Shown here: in pieces, positions 8,910 to 19,314 of the stretch
Layout: each line of letters starts with the position of its first letter
Numbering within the stretch: the stretch's first letter is position 1
Source: an uncultured Pelagibacteraceae bacterium
GTDB lineage: Bacteria; Pseudomonadota; Alphaproteobacteria; Pelagibacterales; Pelagibacteraceae
Direction: 5' to 3'
Assembly: GCA_902613545.1 (NCBI GenBank)
Contig: CACMHW010000005.1
Span: 1,685-65,684 of the forward strand
Length of the DNA: 64,000 bases
Made by a program: the position numbers and the translations under genes
The notes under the pieces: generated by a model
The model's input: the letters and a program-made list of their open reading frames with translations, nothing else
What the model was told of the DNA's origin: nothing
Database searches by the model: none

Positions 8910-8947
8910 CAACAAAGAGGGGTTCGATTCCCCTTGGGACCGCCAAA
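8910..8947 (+). repeat. Copy 3 of tRNA-Glu 3' half (attR of islet 2)
   Basis: CAACAAAGAGGGGTTCGATTCCCCTTGGGACCGCCAAA, 38 bp identical to 5789-5826. Confidence 0.95.
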
Positions 8948-8951
8948 TTTT

Positions 8952-9908
8952 ATGTATAAAATTGCTATTATAGAAAATATTCATAAAGATGGTATCGATC
9001 TATTAAAAAATCATCCTAGTTTTGAGTATGAATTAATTGAAGATGTTTCAGAAAAAAACTTATTAGAAAAACTACCAAAATTTGATGCTTGTACATTGAG
9101 AGTATCAAAATTAGATGAGAAGATTTTGAAACATTGTAAGAAACTAAAGGCTATATCAAGGCATGGTGTTGGATATGATAACGTTGATATAAAGTTTTTA
9201 AAAGAAAAAAAAATTTCCTTATTAGTAACAGCTACAGCTAACGCAGTAGCAGTTGCTGAACATGTTATCGCTATGTTTTTATCTTTGTCTAAATCTGTAT
9301 CAACTTATGATAAAGAGGTACGTAATGGTGATTTTAAGAAAAATGCAAATAAAATAAAAACTTTAGAACTCTTTAACAAAAACATTCTCATAGTAGGTTT
9401 TGGAAGAATTGGAAAAAAATTAATCACAAGATGTTTAGCTTTTGATACTAAAGTTTATGTATATGATCCATACGTTGAAGATAAAATTATAAAAGATTTT
9501 GGAGGTATAAAAATAAAGTCAATAAGTGAGGGCTTAAAGATTGCAGATTATGTGTCTTTACATATGCCACTAACAAATGAAACAAAAGATTTAATAAATT
9601 ATTCAATTTTAAAAGAAATGAAAAAAAATGCTTTTATAGTAAATACTGCAAGGGGAGGTATCATTAATGAAATTGATCTAGATAAAGCATTAAATGAAAA
9701 TCTAATTTTGGGTGCTGCATTAGATGTGTTTATAAACGAGCCTATCAATTTAGATAATCCCTTATTAAAAAATAACAAAGTTTTATTAAGTCCACATTCA
9801 GCAACATTTACTGATGAATGCACATCAAGGATGGCTATAGAGACAACTAAAAACATTATTGATTTTTTTGAAAATAAAATTGATAAATCTATGATTGTAA
9901 AATTATGA
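8952..9908 (+). CDS. D-isomer-specific 2-hydroxyacid dehydrogenase (SerA-like, no ACT domain)
   Basis: RHGVGYDNVD, GFGRIG, NTARGG, LDVF, SPHSA; start moved to ATG 8952 because the track's start lies inside the tRNA repeat. Confidence 0.88.
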   Translation: MYKIAIIENIHKDGIDLLKNHPSFEYELIEDVSEKNLLEKLPKFDACTLRVSKLDEKILKHCKKLKAISRHGVGYDNVDIKFLKEKKISLLVTATANAVAVAEHVIAMFLSLSKSVSTYDKEVRNGDFKKNANKIKTLELFNKNILIVGFGRIGKKLITRCLAFDTKVYVYDPYVEDKIIKDFGGIKIKSISEGLKIADYVSLHMPLTNETKDLINYSILKEMKKNAFIVNTARGGIINEIDLDKALNENLILGAALDVFINEPINLDNPLLKNNKVLLSPHSATFTDECTSRMAIETTKNIIDFFENKIDKSMIVKL

Positions 9909-10414
9909 TAGATATAAAGAGGAAATTAAAAAATTTTGGTCCATTAGAATTTTTAGTGTTAAGTTCTATTACATATGTGGTTGCAATGTTATTATGGACA
10001 GCCTCAACTAGATCAGAAGTTTTACAAAAAGCAAATGATATAAAATCCAATCATAAATTAGTCGTCGATTTTATTAATGATGAAGTAAATAGCTGTAGCT
10101 CAAATGAAGAAAGTTTAACATCGTGGGGTGAAAAATGTAATTCTGTTTGGACTTCAGAAAAAATTGTAAGTTATGTGTTATCTAATATTGATCTAAAAAA
10201 CCCGTATTCAATTAATAAACCTTTAATACAAACTTCTCAAGACCCTAGAATTCAAGCTGAAGGCAAAGCAGGTCAATCTACAGACAAAGGTATAATTTTT
10301 GTTTCTTCAAATAATTTTGAGTCAGAGGCTGGCTCTGAATGGGTTGTTGGTACTTGCGTGAAGTCACCTTGTGTAGCTGCTGGTAATAATGAATTAGTTT
10401 CTGTCTACCGTTAG
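9905..10414 (+). CDS. Type IV pilin-like protein with degenerate prepilin site
   Basis: KLKN|FGPLEFLVL (F+1, E+5), hydrophobic helix, NPY motif, four Cys. Confidence 0.55.
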   Translation: MIDIKRKLKNFGPLEFLVLSSITYVVAMLLWTASTRSEVLQKANDIKSNHKLVVDFINDEVNSCSSNEESLTSWGEKCNSVWTSEKIVSYVLSNIDLKNPYSINKPLIQTSQDPRIQAEGKAGQSTDKGIIFVSSNNFESEAGSEWVVGTCVKSPCVAAGNNELVSVYR

Positions 10415-11310
10415 TTAATAATTTCAAATCCACATTGTTTTGCAGTTTTGCTTAAATAATTGAAACCAATTTTTGCATATTCAAACGGATTCGCCTTAGC
10501 TGGATCTTGCTCGGCTTCTACCACAAGCCATCCTGAATAATTTTTTTTCTTTAAAGCATTTAAGAAGGGAACATAGTCAATGCATCCATCCCCTGGCACA
10601 GTAAATGCTCCATCTAAAAATGCTTGTCTAAATGTTGCATCATTTCTTAGTGATTTTTCTAAAATATCTTTTCTAATATCTTTACAATGTACATGTATTA
10701 TACGTTCGTAAAAATTTTCTACTAATTTAATAGAGTCGCCTTGCGCAAACAACATATGACCGGTATCTACTAATAATTTAACAGTATCTTTTGTATTTTC
10801 TATAAGTCTAGAGGTATCCTCCTCGGTTTCTATTATAGTTCCCATGTGATGATGATATGCTAAAGGCATATTTTCATCTATCATCATTTTACTAATTTCA
10901 TTTATTGCATTAATAAATTTATTCCAATCATCTTTATTTAATTTAGGCCTTTTTGATAATGGTGTTATAGGATCTCCTTGGACAGAGTCAGTTACCTCAG
11001 CAAAAACCATGCAAGGAGCCTCACAATCTTTGAATAATTTAAGTTGTTTCTGCATAAGTTTAAATTCTTCTTTAGGTGACCTTTTTAATAATTGAGCACC
11101 ATACCAACCTGAACATAATTTAAGGTTCTCTTTTTCAAGTTTTGGAATAAGTTCTTTCGAATTCATTGGAAATTTTCCACCAGACTCAATTCCTGTAAAA
11201 CCTGCCATACTTGCTTCTTTTAAACATTGCTCTAATGGAGTTTTGCCACCTAATTCAGGCATATCATCGTTACTCCATGCAATGGGTGCTATTCCTAATC
11301 TTATCGACAT
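10411..11310 (-). CDS. iolE: myo-inosose-2 dehydratase
   Basis: GIAPIAWSNDDMPELGG, YHHHMGT, DTGH, HVHCKD, FTVPGDG, VVEAEQDP. Confidence 0.95.
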   Translation of the reverse strand: MSIRLGIAPIAWSNDDMPELGGKTPLEQCLKEASMAGFTGIESGGKFPMNSKELIPKLEKENLKLCSGWYGAQLLKRSPKEEFKLMQKQLKLFKDCEAPCMVFAEVTDSVQGDPITPLSKRPKLNKDDWNKFINAINEISKMMIDENMPLAYHHHMGTIIETEEDTSRLIENTKDTVKLLVDTGHMLFAQGDSIKLVENFYERIIHVHCKDIRKDILEKSLRNDATFRQAFLDGAFTVPGDGCIDYVPFLNALKKKNYSGWLVVEAEQDPAKANPFEYAKIGFNYLSKTAKQCGFEIIN

Positions 11311-11367
11311 AGTTTTAAGAAAATAATATTATTTTATATTATAAATAATTAAGTTACAAAAGAATTT

Positions 11368-12364
11368 ATGATCAATGTAGCACTTTTGGGTTTTGGTAGA
11401 ATTGGACAGATGCATGCTCAAAATATATATCTAAATAAAACGCTTAATCTGCTGTATGTATATGAAAAGATTGATAAATTAAGAAAAAAAGCTAAAAATC
11501 TTTATAATTGTAAAATTGAAAAAGATTATAAAAAAATTTTTTCAGATAAAAGAGTAGATATTATTTTTATTTCTAGCCCTACAAACACTCATATTAAATT
11601 TATCGAAGAAGGTATCAAATACGATAAAACTATTTTTTGTGAAAAACCTTTAGACTTAAATATAAATAAAATTGTTAAAACTTTTAAAAAAGATTAAAAA
11701 AAATAATTCGAAAATACAGATGGGATTTAATCGTAGATTTGATCCTGGTCATCACTCAATCAAAAAAGATTTAGATAAAGGTAAAATAGGAAGATTGGAA
11801 AAGATAATAATCACAAGTAGAGATCCAGCACCACCTTCAAAGACTTATCTTAAATCTTCTGGGGGTATTTTCAGAGACATGATGATTCATGATTTTGATT
11901 TATGTAGGTATTATTTGAATAAAGATGAAATTTCCGAAATAAGTTCATCTGTAAGTTCATTTGAGAATTTTTATAAAAAGATTAAAGATCATGAATTAGC
12001 CACAGTAACCATGAAATCAAAAAAAGGTGTTATATGTGTTATCACAAATTCTAGACATTGTTCTTTTGGATACGATCAAAGGGTTGAATTATTCGGCAAA
12101 AAAGGAATGCTTTTATCGGGGAATCAAAAGAGTGCTGCCACAGAGATATTTAATTCAAATCACTCCCATTCACAAAAGCCCCTATTAAATTTTTTTATTG
12201 AACGATACAAAGAAGCTTATAATTTGCAATTGAATGAATTGATTTCTCTTCATAAAAATAGAATTAAACCTAGATCAACTTTCAAAGATGGTTATTTAGC
12301 TTTAAAAATTGCTAATGCTGCATATCAATCTCTAAAGCAAAAAAAGGTAGTAAAATTAAAGTAA
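11368..12364 (+). pseudogene. iolG: Inositol 2-dehydrogenase split by a +1 frameshift (or sequencing error) near 11676-11691
   Basis: ORF1 has GFGRIG and CEKP; ORF2 has GFNRRFD, SRDP, GGIFRDMMIHDFD, GYDQRVE; removing one base joins them. Confidence 0.85.
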
Positions 12365-12465
12365 TTATAACTACCTCCAGTTGTATGTATTTTTTTTCCT
12401 TTTGAATTTTAATAAATTTTTTGTTTTAATTGCGCAGTTTTAACAAACAAATGAGGGAAATAATC

Positions 12466-13389
12466 ATGAAAAAAGTATACTTAACAATTGCTGCTCTGAT
12501 GAGCTGGGTAATGATGTCAGTAGCTGCTTTAGCAGTTGATATTATTGTTGTATCTCACGGACAAGCAAATGACCCTTTCTGGTCTGTTGCAAAAAATGGA
12601 GTTGATAAAGCTTGTAAAGATATGAAAGTATCTTGCAAATACACAGCCCCAGCAACATTCGACATGGTCGAAATGGCAAAACTAATTGACAATGCTGTTT
12701 CTCAAAAACCAAAAGGTATTGTAATAACTCTTCCAGATGCTGCCGCTTTAGGTAAATCTGTTAAAGCTGCAATATCTGCAGGTATCCCAGTAATCTCTAT
12801 GAATTCAGGTTCAGACGACTACATGAAACTAGGCATTAGTGCCCATGTAGGTCAAACAGAGTTTGAAGCTGGTGTAGGCGGTGGACAAAAAATGAAAGCT
12901 GCAGGTGGTAAAAAAGCACTATGTGTTAACCACGAAGTAGGTAACGTTGCTTTAGATAGAAGATGTGCTGGTTTCAAAAAAGGCTTTGGTGGATCTGTAG
13001 ACATATTAGGCACATCAAATGACCCGACTGAAATTCAAAAAGCTGTAGCTGCTAAATTAGGTGGTGGATATGACACTATTCTTACTTTAGGAGCTGGTCT
13101 TGCAGGAGAAGCTGCTTTAAAAGCATTAGAATCTTCTGGTAAAGTTGGAAGTGTAAAACTTGGTACATTCGATATGTCGCCAGGAATGCTAAAAGCTGCT
13201 GCTGCTGGAAAAGTTGAGTTCTTAATCGACCAACAACAGTATCTACAAGGTTATTTACCTATAGCTATCTTTTCTCAATATATGAGATATGGAACAATGC
13301 CAGCTGGTGTTGTAATGACAGGACCTGGTTTTGTTACTCCTAACAATGCGAAGGATGTAATAAAATGGGCTGCTCAAGGTTATAGATAA
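12466..13389 (+). CDS. Sugar (probably inositol) ABC transporter substrate-binding protein
   Basis: Signal peptide, HGQANDPFWSV, IDQQQYLQGY; SD-like GAGGG upstream of ATG 12466. Confidence 0.9.
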   Translation: MKKVYLTIAALMSWVMMSVAALAVDIIVVSHGQANDPFWSVAKNGVDKACKDMKVSCKYTAPATFDMVEMAKLIDNAVSQKPKGIVITLPDAAALGKSVKAAISAGIPVISMNSGSDDYMKLGISAHVGQTEFEAGVGGGQKMKAAGGKKALCVNHEVGNVALDRRCAGFKKGFGGSVDILGTSNDPTEIQKAVAAKLGGGYDTILTLGAGLAGEAALKALESSGKVGSVKLGTFDMSPGMLKAAAAGKVEFLIDQQQYLQGYLPIAIFSQYMRYGTMPAGVVMTGPGFVTPNNAKDVIKWAAQGYR

Positions 13390-13399
13390 GAAAAATATT

Positions 13400-13437
13400 A
13401 AAAAGGCCTAGTGATTATTCACTAGGCCTTTTTTTTT
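13400..13437 (+). terminator. Rho-independent terminator / stabilising hairpin after the SBP gene
   Basis: AGGCCTAGTGA-TTAT-TCACTAGGCCT followed by a T run and preceded by an A run. Confidence 0.9.
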
Positions 13438-13449
13438 AAGTTTTTTTAT

Positions 13450-14577
13450 ATGTCTACAAAGTCAAAAAGTATTGAAACAAAAACTGATTTCAATCAGGAT
13501 GAAAGACTCAAAAAAGTTTCTAAATTAAGAATTTTATTAAATAGACCCGAACTTGGTGCTCTTGGTGGAGCAATACTTGTATTTATATTTTTTGGAATTG
13601 TAGCCGGCGACACAGGAATGTTTAGTGCATATGGAGTATTAAACTTCTTAGATGTCTCAGCTAATCTTGGAATAATAGCTATTGCCGCAGCTATGTTAAT
13701 GATAGGAGGAGAATTCGATCTATCTATTGGATCAATGATTGGATTTGCTGGTATTTGTATTGCAATACCTGCGATTTATTGGGGGTGGCCACTGTGGATG
13801 AGTATTATTTTTGCATTCTCAATGGCGGTACTAGTGGGCTATTTTAATGGAATATTAGTTGTAAGAACAGGCTTGCCATCATTTATCGTTACTCTTGCAA
13901 TGCTGTTTATTTTAAGGGGGGCAACTTTAGCTATAACAAGATTGATTACTGGTCGAACTCAAGTTCCAGGCCTAAGAGTTTTAATCGAAGATGATCCATT
14001 AGCATGGATATTTGCAACTGATACTTTTAAATGGGTTTTTACTTGGTTAGGTTCAATGAATTTGATTGCATTAAGAACTGATGGAACTCCACTCGCCACA
14101 GGAATACCGCCATCTGTAATATGGTTCATAGCTTTAGCAATTATTACAACATGGATATTAATGAAAACAAGATACGGAAATTGGATATTTGCTTCTGGAG
14201 GAGATAAAAATGGTGCTAACAATGTTGGAGTACCAGTTGGTAGAGTAAAAATAAGTTTATTTATAGGTACAGCAGTAGCAGCAACTATTTTTGCTACAAT
14301 TCAAGTTTTAGACGCTGGTTCAGCTGATACAATGCGTGGGACCTTAAAGGAATTAGAAGCTATTGCAGCTGCAGTTGTTGGAGGCTGTTTATTAACTGGC
14401 GGTTATGGATCAGCAATAGGTGCAGCATTTGGAGCTTTGATTTTTGGAACAGTGTCGATGGGGATATTTTATACTGATGTGGATACAGACTGGTTTAAAG
14501 TTTTTTTAGGAGCAATGATGTTGATTGCAGTAATCTTTAATAATTATATAAGAAGAAAGGTAACAGAGAGCAAATAA
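13450..14577 (+). CDS. Sugar ABC transporter permease
   Basis: [31 protein letters not shown]; multiple TM segments. Confidence 0.93.
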   Translation: MSTKSKSIETKTDFNQDERLKKVSKLRILLNRPELGALGGAILVFIFFGIVAGDTGMFSAYGVLNFLDVSANLGIIAIAAAMLMIGGEFDLSIGSMIGFAGICIAIPAIYWGWPLWMSIIFAFSMAVLVGYFNGILVVRTGLPSFIVTLAMLFILRGATLAITRLITGRTQVPGLRVLIEDDPLAWIFATDTFKWVFTWLGSMNLIALRTDGTPLATGIPPSVIWFIALAIITTWILMKTRYGNWIFASGGDKNGANNVGVPVGRVKISLFIGTAVAATIFATIQVLDAGSADTMRGTLKELEAIAAAVVGGCLLTGGYGSAIGAAFGALIFGTVSMGIFYTDVDTDWFKVFLGAMMLIAVIFNNYIRRKVTESK

Positions 14578-15365
14578 TGTCTGACTATTTAGTTCAATTT
14601 AATAATATTAGTAAATTTTTTGGAAAAGTTATAGCTTTGAAAGATGTAACCATGAAATTAAAAAAAGGTGAAATCATGTGTTTACTTGGTGATAATGGTG
14701 CAGGTAAATCAACCTTAATTAAAACATTAGCTGGAGTCCACAGACCTGATGAAGGCGAAATTATTGTTGAAGGAAAAAAAACTATATTTGATAGTCCCAA
14801 AGATGCATTGGATATGGGAATAGCTACTGTATATCAAGATTTAGCCTTAGTTTCTCTAATGAGTGTTACAAGAAACTTTTTTATGGGTAGAGAACCCATG
14901 AAAGGCCCACCATTTTTCAAGACGTTTGATATAGAAAAAGCAAATAAGATAGCTGCTGAGAGAATGGGGCAAATAGGTATCGATGTTAGGGATCCATCTC
15001 AAGCAGTTGGTACAATGTCAGGTGGTGAGAGACAATGTTTAGCAATTAGCAGAGCTATATATTTTGGAGCAAAAGTTCTTGTTTTAGATGAGCCTACTTC
15101 TGCTTTAGGTGTTCACCAAGCTTCAGTTGTTTTAAAATACATAGTCAAAGCTGCTTCTCAGGGGTTAGCTGTAATTTTAATAACACACAACGTTCATCAT
15201 GCATATCCAGTAGGTAATAGTTTTACCGTACTAAATAGAGGCAAAAGTTTGGGTACTTATGAGAAAAAGAATATATCTAGAGAAAAATTATTAAGCATGA
15301 TGGCAGGTGGTGAAGAATTAAACAAATTAGAAGTTGAACTTCAAGAGATGAACAGAAAAAATTAA
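14577..15365 (+). CDS. Sugar ABC transporter ATP-binding protein
   Basis: [21 protein letters not shown]. Confidence 0.95.
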   Translation: MSDYLVQFNNISKFFGKVIALKDVTMKLKKGEIMCLLGDNGAGKSTLIKTLAGVHRPDEGEIIVEGKKTIFDSPKDALDMGIATVYQDLALVSLMSVTRNFFMGREPMKGPPFFKTFDIEKANKIAAERMGQIGIDVRDPSQAVGTMSGGERQCLAISRAIYFGAKVLVLDEPTSALGVHQASVVLKYIVKAASQGLAVILITHNVHHAYPVGNSFTVLNRGKSLGTYEKKNISREKLLSMMAGGEELNKLEVELQEMNRKN

Positions 15366-15366
15366 A

Positions 15367-16255
15367 ATGCAAATCGGTATTGATTTAGGAGCAACTAAAA
15401 TTGAGTCAGTACTTCTTAAAGAGAATGGTCTTGAATTACATAGAGATAGAATACAGTCTCCAAAAAATTATCAGAAAACAATTAGTGACATCACAAATAT
15501 AGTAAACAATCTTGAAAAGAAATTTAAAAAAAATTTAAATGTAGGAATATGTCATCCTGGGTCAACAAATTTAGAAACAGGATTTATTCAAAACGCTTTT
15601 AACTCTCCATGGTTGAATAATCAAACATTTTCAAAAGATATATCTAAAAGTTTAAATAGAAATGTTTACTGTGAAAACGATGCAAATTGTTTTGCTTTAT
15701 CAGAGGCTTTTGATGGATCTGCAAAAAATTTTAAAACAGTTTTTGGGATAATTTTGGGATCTGGATGTGGTGGGGGATTAGTAATTGATAAAAAAATAAT
15801 TATTGGGCCGAATTCATTTACAGGTGAATGGGGTCATATACCCATAGGTAAACCTGATAGCGAAACCAACATTGAAGAATATATTTCGGGCAAAGGTTTA
15901 GAAAGAAAATTTGCAGCAAGATTTAATAAAAATCTTTCTGCACACGAAATTTTTAAAAATGCAAAAGATAATAGTCAAGATGAAATAGAAATAATTGATG
16001 AATTTAAAAAGAAACTAGCAAGAAGTTTATCCTTAATTATTAATGTAATTGACCCAGATGCAATTGTTTTTGGCGGTGGAGTGTCAAATGAAATTGAGTC
16101 TTTAGATGAAATTAAAAAAAACCACAGAGAAATATTTATCAAATTTTAATAATATTAAAAATGTGAATTTAAAAACGATTTTTTTGAAACCAAAATTTGG
16201 TGATGCCAGCGGTGTTCGAGGAGCTGCAATATTGAGTAAGCAAAATGCTATTTAA
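15367..16255 (+). pseudogene. ROK-family sugar kinase (Mak/fructokinase-like) with +1 frameshift in the A8 run at 16114-16121
   Basis: GIDLGATK, ENDANC, GSGCGGG, GEWGH; conserved tail FGDASGVRGAA is in the shifted frame, ending at 16255. Confidence 0.82.
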
Positions 16256-17405
16256 TTATTGATCTAATTTCTTTATTTAAAAACTGTTTTGGTTTTTCAC
16301 ATTTAATAGAAATTCTATATTTTTTATTATTTTTTGCAGATAAATGAATTGCCTCTATTATGTTTAAAACGTGAAGAGATAAAACTCCATTACACCTATG
16401 TTTTCTCTTATTTTGAATAGAGTTTATCATTTCTGATAATCCTACGCCTCTATAATTTGCGTTAGTAGGAGACTCATTTGATCTAGAGCTTTGGGTTCTA
16501 ATATTTATTTTTCCAAGAGTCATCTTATTTGTTTGATGATCTTTCCATGAACTGCCTAATTTCTTACTGATTAAAACAGATCCACCAAACATATTTGGAT
16601 CTGGAACTATCATAGAACCATTTTCTCCATAAAGTTCTATATGATTCCTTAGATGAGAAATAACATCAAAAGATAAAGTTAATCTGATTATTGTGCCATT
16701 ATGAAATTTTATAGTAGAAAAGTAAGTTGTTGGACACTCTACTTTAAATCTTTTACCTTTTTTTGGACCTATACCAATAGTGCGCTTATCAACTCCTTTT
16801 GAGCTTATACTTGTTACTTCTTTAGCTGGACCTAATAAATTTACTAAGGCAGTTAAATAATACGGACCCATATCTATAACAGGCCCACCTCCTTTTTTAG
16901 CAAACCAAGGCTCTGGATTAGGATGGTAGGATTGTATTCCTGGATAGGCAAATATTCCTGTTCCAAATTTCACTTTACCTATCACTTTTTTATCTAAAAG
17001 CTCTCTTGCTTTTTGATTTCCTCCACCTAAAAAGGTATCTGGAGCATTTCCTATATAAAGTTTTTTTCTTTTTGCAATTTTTATAAGTTCTTTTCCATCT
17101 TTTAATGATACTGCTAAAGGCTTCTCAGAATAAACATGTTTACCATTAAGTAATGATTTTTTAGCTATTAAATAATGTGCATTAGGTATTGTTAAATTTA
17201 GAACTACTTGAATCTCTTTATCTTTAAGCAATTCATTGACTGAAACTGAACTTATCTTATAAGTTTTTGCACACCTTTGAGCTGCAAATTTATTTATATC
17301 AGCGCATTTAATTATTTTAAAATTATTGAAATATTTATAAGCTCTAAAATAAGTCTCAGCTATATGACCGCAGCCGACTAAGCCGACTTTAAAAATTTTA
17401 CCCAT
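16248..17405 (-). CDS. Gfo/Idh/MocA-family oxidoreductase
   Basis: GCGHIA, HVYSEKP, APDTFLGG, DMGPYY. Confidence 0.9.
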   Translation of the reverse strand: MGKIFKVGLVGCGHIAETYFRAYKYFNNFKIIKCADINKFAAQRCAKTYKISSVSVNELLKDKEIQVVLNLTIPNAHYLIAKKSLLNGKHVYSEKPLAVSLKDGKELIKIAKRKKLYIGNAPDTFLGGGNQKARELLDKKVIGKVKFGTGIFAYPGIQSYHPNPEPWFAKKGGGPVIDMGPYYLTALVNLLGPAKEVTSISSKGVDKRTIGIGPKKGKRFKVECPTTYFSTIKFHNGTIIRLTLSFDVISHLRNHIELYGENGSMIVPDPNMFGGSVLISKKLGSSWKDHQTNKMTLGKINIRTQSSRSNESPTNANYRGVGLSEMINSIQNKRKHRCNGVLSLHVLNIIEAIHLSAKNNKKYRISIKCEKPKQFLNKEIRSIIK

Positions 17406-17413
17406 TAAAAAGC

Positions 17414-19258
17414 TTATACACCTTTTCTCTGTTTTTTCTTCCCGTCTAGGTGTTCTTTTAGGGCTCTTTTATTTTCCTCAGTTGTAGGCAGTGAAAGAGT
17501 GGGACTTTCCCAGTACGCAGAGCCTTCTAACCATTGATAACCGTCTGTTTGAATGCTTATAACATATGTTTTCTTTGATTTTTTTGCTCTTTTAAAAGCT
17601 TCCTCCAGTTCAGATATCGAATTAACTTGTTCACCATCTGCTCCCATACTTTTTGCATGTGAGGCAAAATCAACCGGTACAAGATTTGGGGTTTTTGAGC
17701 TCTTCAATAAACAGTTAAATTCTTTACCACCTTTATATAATTGAAGTCGATTAATAACTGCATGACCTCCGTTATCACAAACTATAATAATCAATTTATT
17801 GTTAGTTATTACTGAACTATATATATCTGAGTTATATAGGAGGTAAGATCCATCACCTACAAAAGCTATAACTTCTTTATTTGGATTTGCCATTTTTATT
17901 CCTAATGCACCTGAAATTTCGTAACTCATACAACTAAAACCCCATTCAGTTTCATGAGTATTTAGCTCTCTAGGTCTCCAGACTTGAACAACTTCACCTA
18001 CTAAACCACCAGCAGCAGTTACTGCTATATCTGATGGATTAGAATTTCTATAAATTGCCCCAACTGCGTGAGCATAACTAGGTAATTTCTGATTTGTTGG
18101 GCCGCTCTCTTTATCAACATATTCATTCCAACTTTTTAATTCCATTTGTGCTTTTTTATTCCAGCTATCTTCTGCTTTCCAACTTCCAAGAGCTAGAGAT
18201 AGTTCTGATAATGAAACTTTTGCGTCACCAACTACTGCCTGCGCCATATGTTTGTTTGCGTCAAATCTTGCTGCGTTGATGGATACGAGTTTAAAATTTG
18301 GGTTTTCAAAATTTGCCCAGGATCCAGTTGTAAAATCTGCTAGTTTTGTTCCTATGGCTATTGCTAAATCTGTTTTTTTTGCCATATTATTTGCTGCTTT
18401 TCCACCAAGACCACCAATTGGGCCTAAAAAATGAGAATGATCTCTTTTCATAGTAGAGTAACCCATAACAGTTTGTGTTACTGGTATATTATGTTTTTTT
18501 GCAAAATCAGATAATTCTTCCATAGCATCAGAATAAAAAATACCACCTCCAGAAATTATTATTGGATTTTTAGAAGATTTAATAACTTCTACTGCTTTTT
18601 TTATTTGATAATCATCTGGTCTTGGTCGTCTAATTGAATGTACTCTTTCCTTAAAAAAATCTTCAGGATAATCAAATACTTCACCTTGAACATCTTGACT
18701 TAAAGAAATACAAGCAGGACCACAATCTGCAGGATCAAGCATAACTTCAATAGCTTGAGGCAAAGAAGAAATAATTTGTTCAGGGCGTGTAATTCTATCA
18801 AAATATCTTACAACAGGTTTAAATCCATCATTTTGTGTAATTCCAGGATTGTTGAAATGTTCTACCTGTTGAAGTACTGGATCTGGCATTCTATTTGCAA
18901 ATGTGTCACCAGGTAAAAATAATATTGGAAGTCTGTTGCTCATAGCAACAGCTGCGGCTGTAATCATATTAGTAGAACCTGGTCCAACTGAACTTGTTGC
19001 AATGAATATTTGTTTTCTTCTTTTTGCTCTTGAGTAGGCTATTCCAGTTAGAGCCATATTTTGCTCATGATGACCTCTCCATGTGGGAAGTTCTTTTTGA
19101 TTTTCTTGAAGCGCTTGCCCTAAGCACGCAACATTACCATGACCAAAAATTCCAAATGCGCCTGGAAACAATGGTTCTTTCTTTCCATCAATTAAAATTT
19201 TTTGTTTTGTAAGGAATTTTACAAGAGCGTGAGCACAAGTAAGTTGAATGTTTTTCAT
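17414..19258 (-). CDS. iolD: 3D-(3,5/4)-trihydroxycyclohexane-1,2-dione hydrolase (TPP-dependent)
   Basis: GIFGHGNV, EQNMA, PDPVLQQVE, GFSCMSYEI, GDGSYL. Confidence 0.95.
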   Translation of the reverse strand: MKNIQLTCAHALVKFLTKQKILIDGKKEPLFPGAFGIFGHGNVACLGQALQENQKELPTWRGHHEQNMALTGIAYSRAKRRKQIFIATSSVGPGSTNMITAAAVAMSNRLPILFLPGDTFANRMPDPVLQQVEHFNNPGITQNDGFKPVVRYFDRITRPEQIISSLPQAIEVMLDPADCGPACISLSQDVQGEVFDYPEDFFKERVHSIRRPRPDDYQIKKAVEVIKSSKNPIIISGGGIFYSDAMEELSDFAKKHNIPVTQTVMGYSTMKRDHSHFLGPIGGLGGKAANNMAKKTDLAIAIGTKLADFTTGSWANFENPNFKLVSINAARFDANKHMAQAVVGDAKVSLSELSLALGSWKAEDSWNKKAQMELKSWNEYVDKESGPTNQKLPSYAHAVGAIYRNSNPSDIAVTAAGGLVGEVVQVWRPRELNTHETEWGFSCMSYEISGALGIKMANPNKEVIAFVGDGSYLLYNSDIYSSVITNNKLIIIVCDNGGHAVINRLQLYKGGKEFNCLLKSSKTPNLVPVDFASHAKSMGADGEQVNSISELEEAFKRAKKSKKTYVISIQTDGYQWLEGSAYWESPTLSLPTTEENKRALKEHLDGKKKQRKGV

Positions 19259-19314
19259 AAATTCTTTATAAGATAGTTAATTAACTTAATATATTCAATA
19301 ATTATATATAATAT

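Larger units (their letters stand above)
8422..8947. mobile_element. tRNA-Glu-integrated islet 2 (~0.5 kb, single gene)
   Basis: Lies between tRNA 3'-end copies 2 and 3; 11-bp-period motifs at 8474-8491 and 8843-8862. Confidence 0.82.

Noticed and set aside
5801-8947. Three spaced direct repeats as a CRISPR array
   Set aside because: The repeats are tRNA 3' ends separated by 0.5-2.6 kb of genes; there are no cas genes
8910-8947. Additional tRNA-Glu genes at 8394 and 8910
   Set aside because: Only 3' fragments; no 5' acceptor strand or D-arm
8934-8951. N-terminal extension MGPPNF of the dehydrogenase ORF
   Set aside because: Derived from a TTG inside the tRNA repeat; ATG 8952 is the plausible start
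11320-11335. Palindrome AAAATAATATTATTTT (and AGTTAATTAACT at 19275-19286) as an iol operator
   Set aside because: Nearly pure A/T, the two sites do not share a motif, and no regulator is present; compatible with chance
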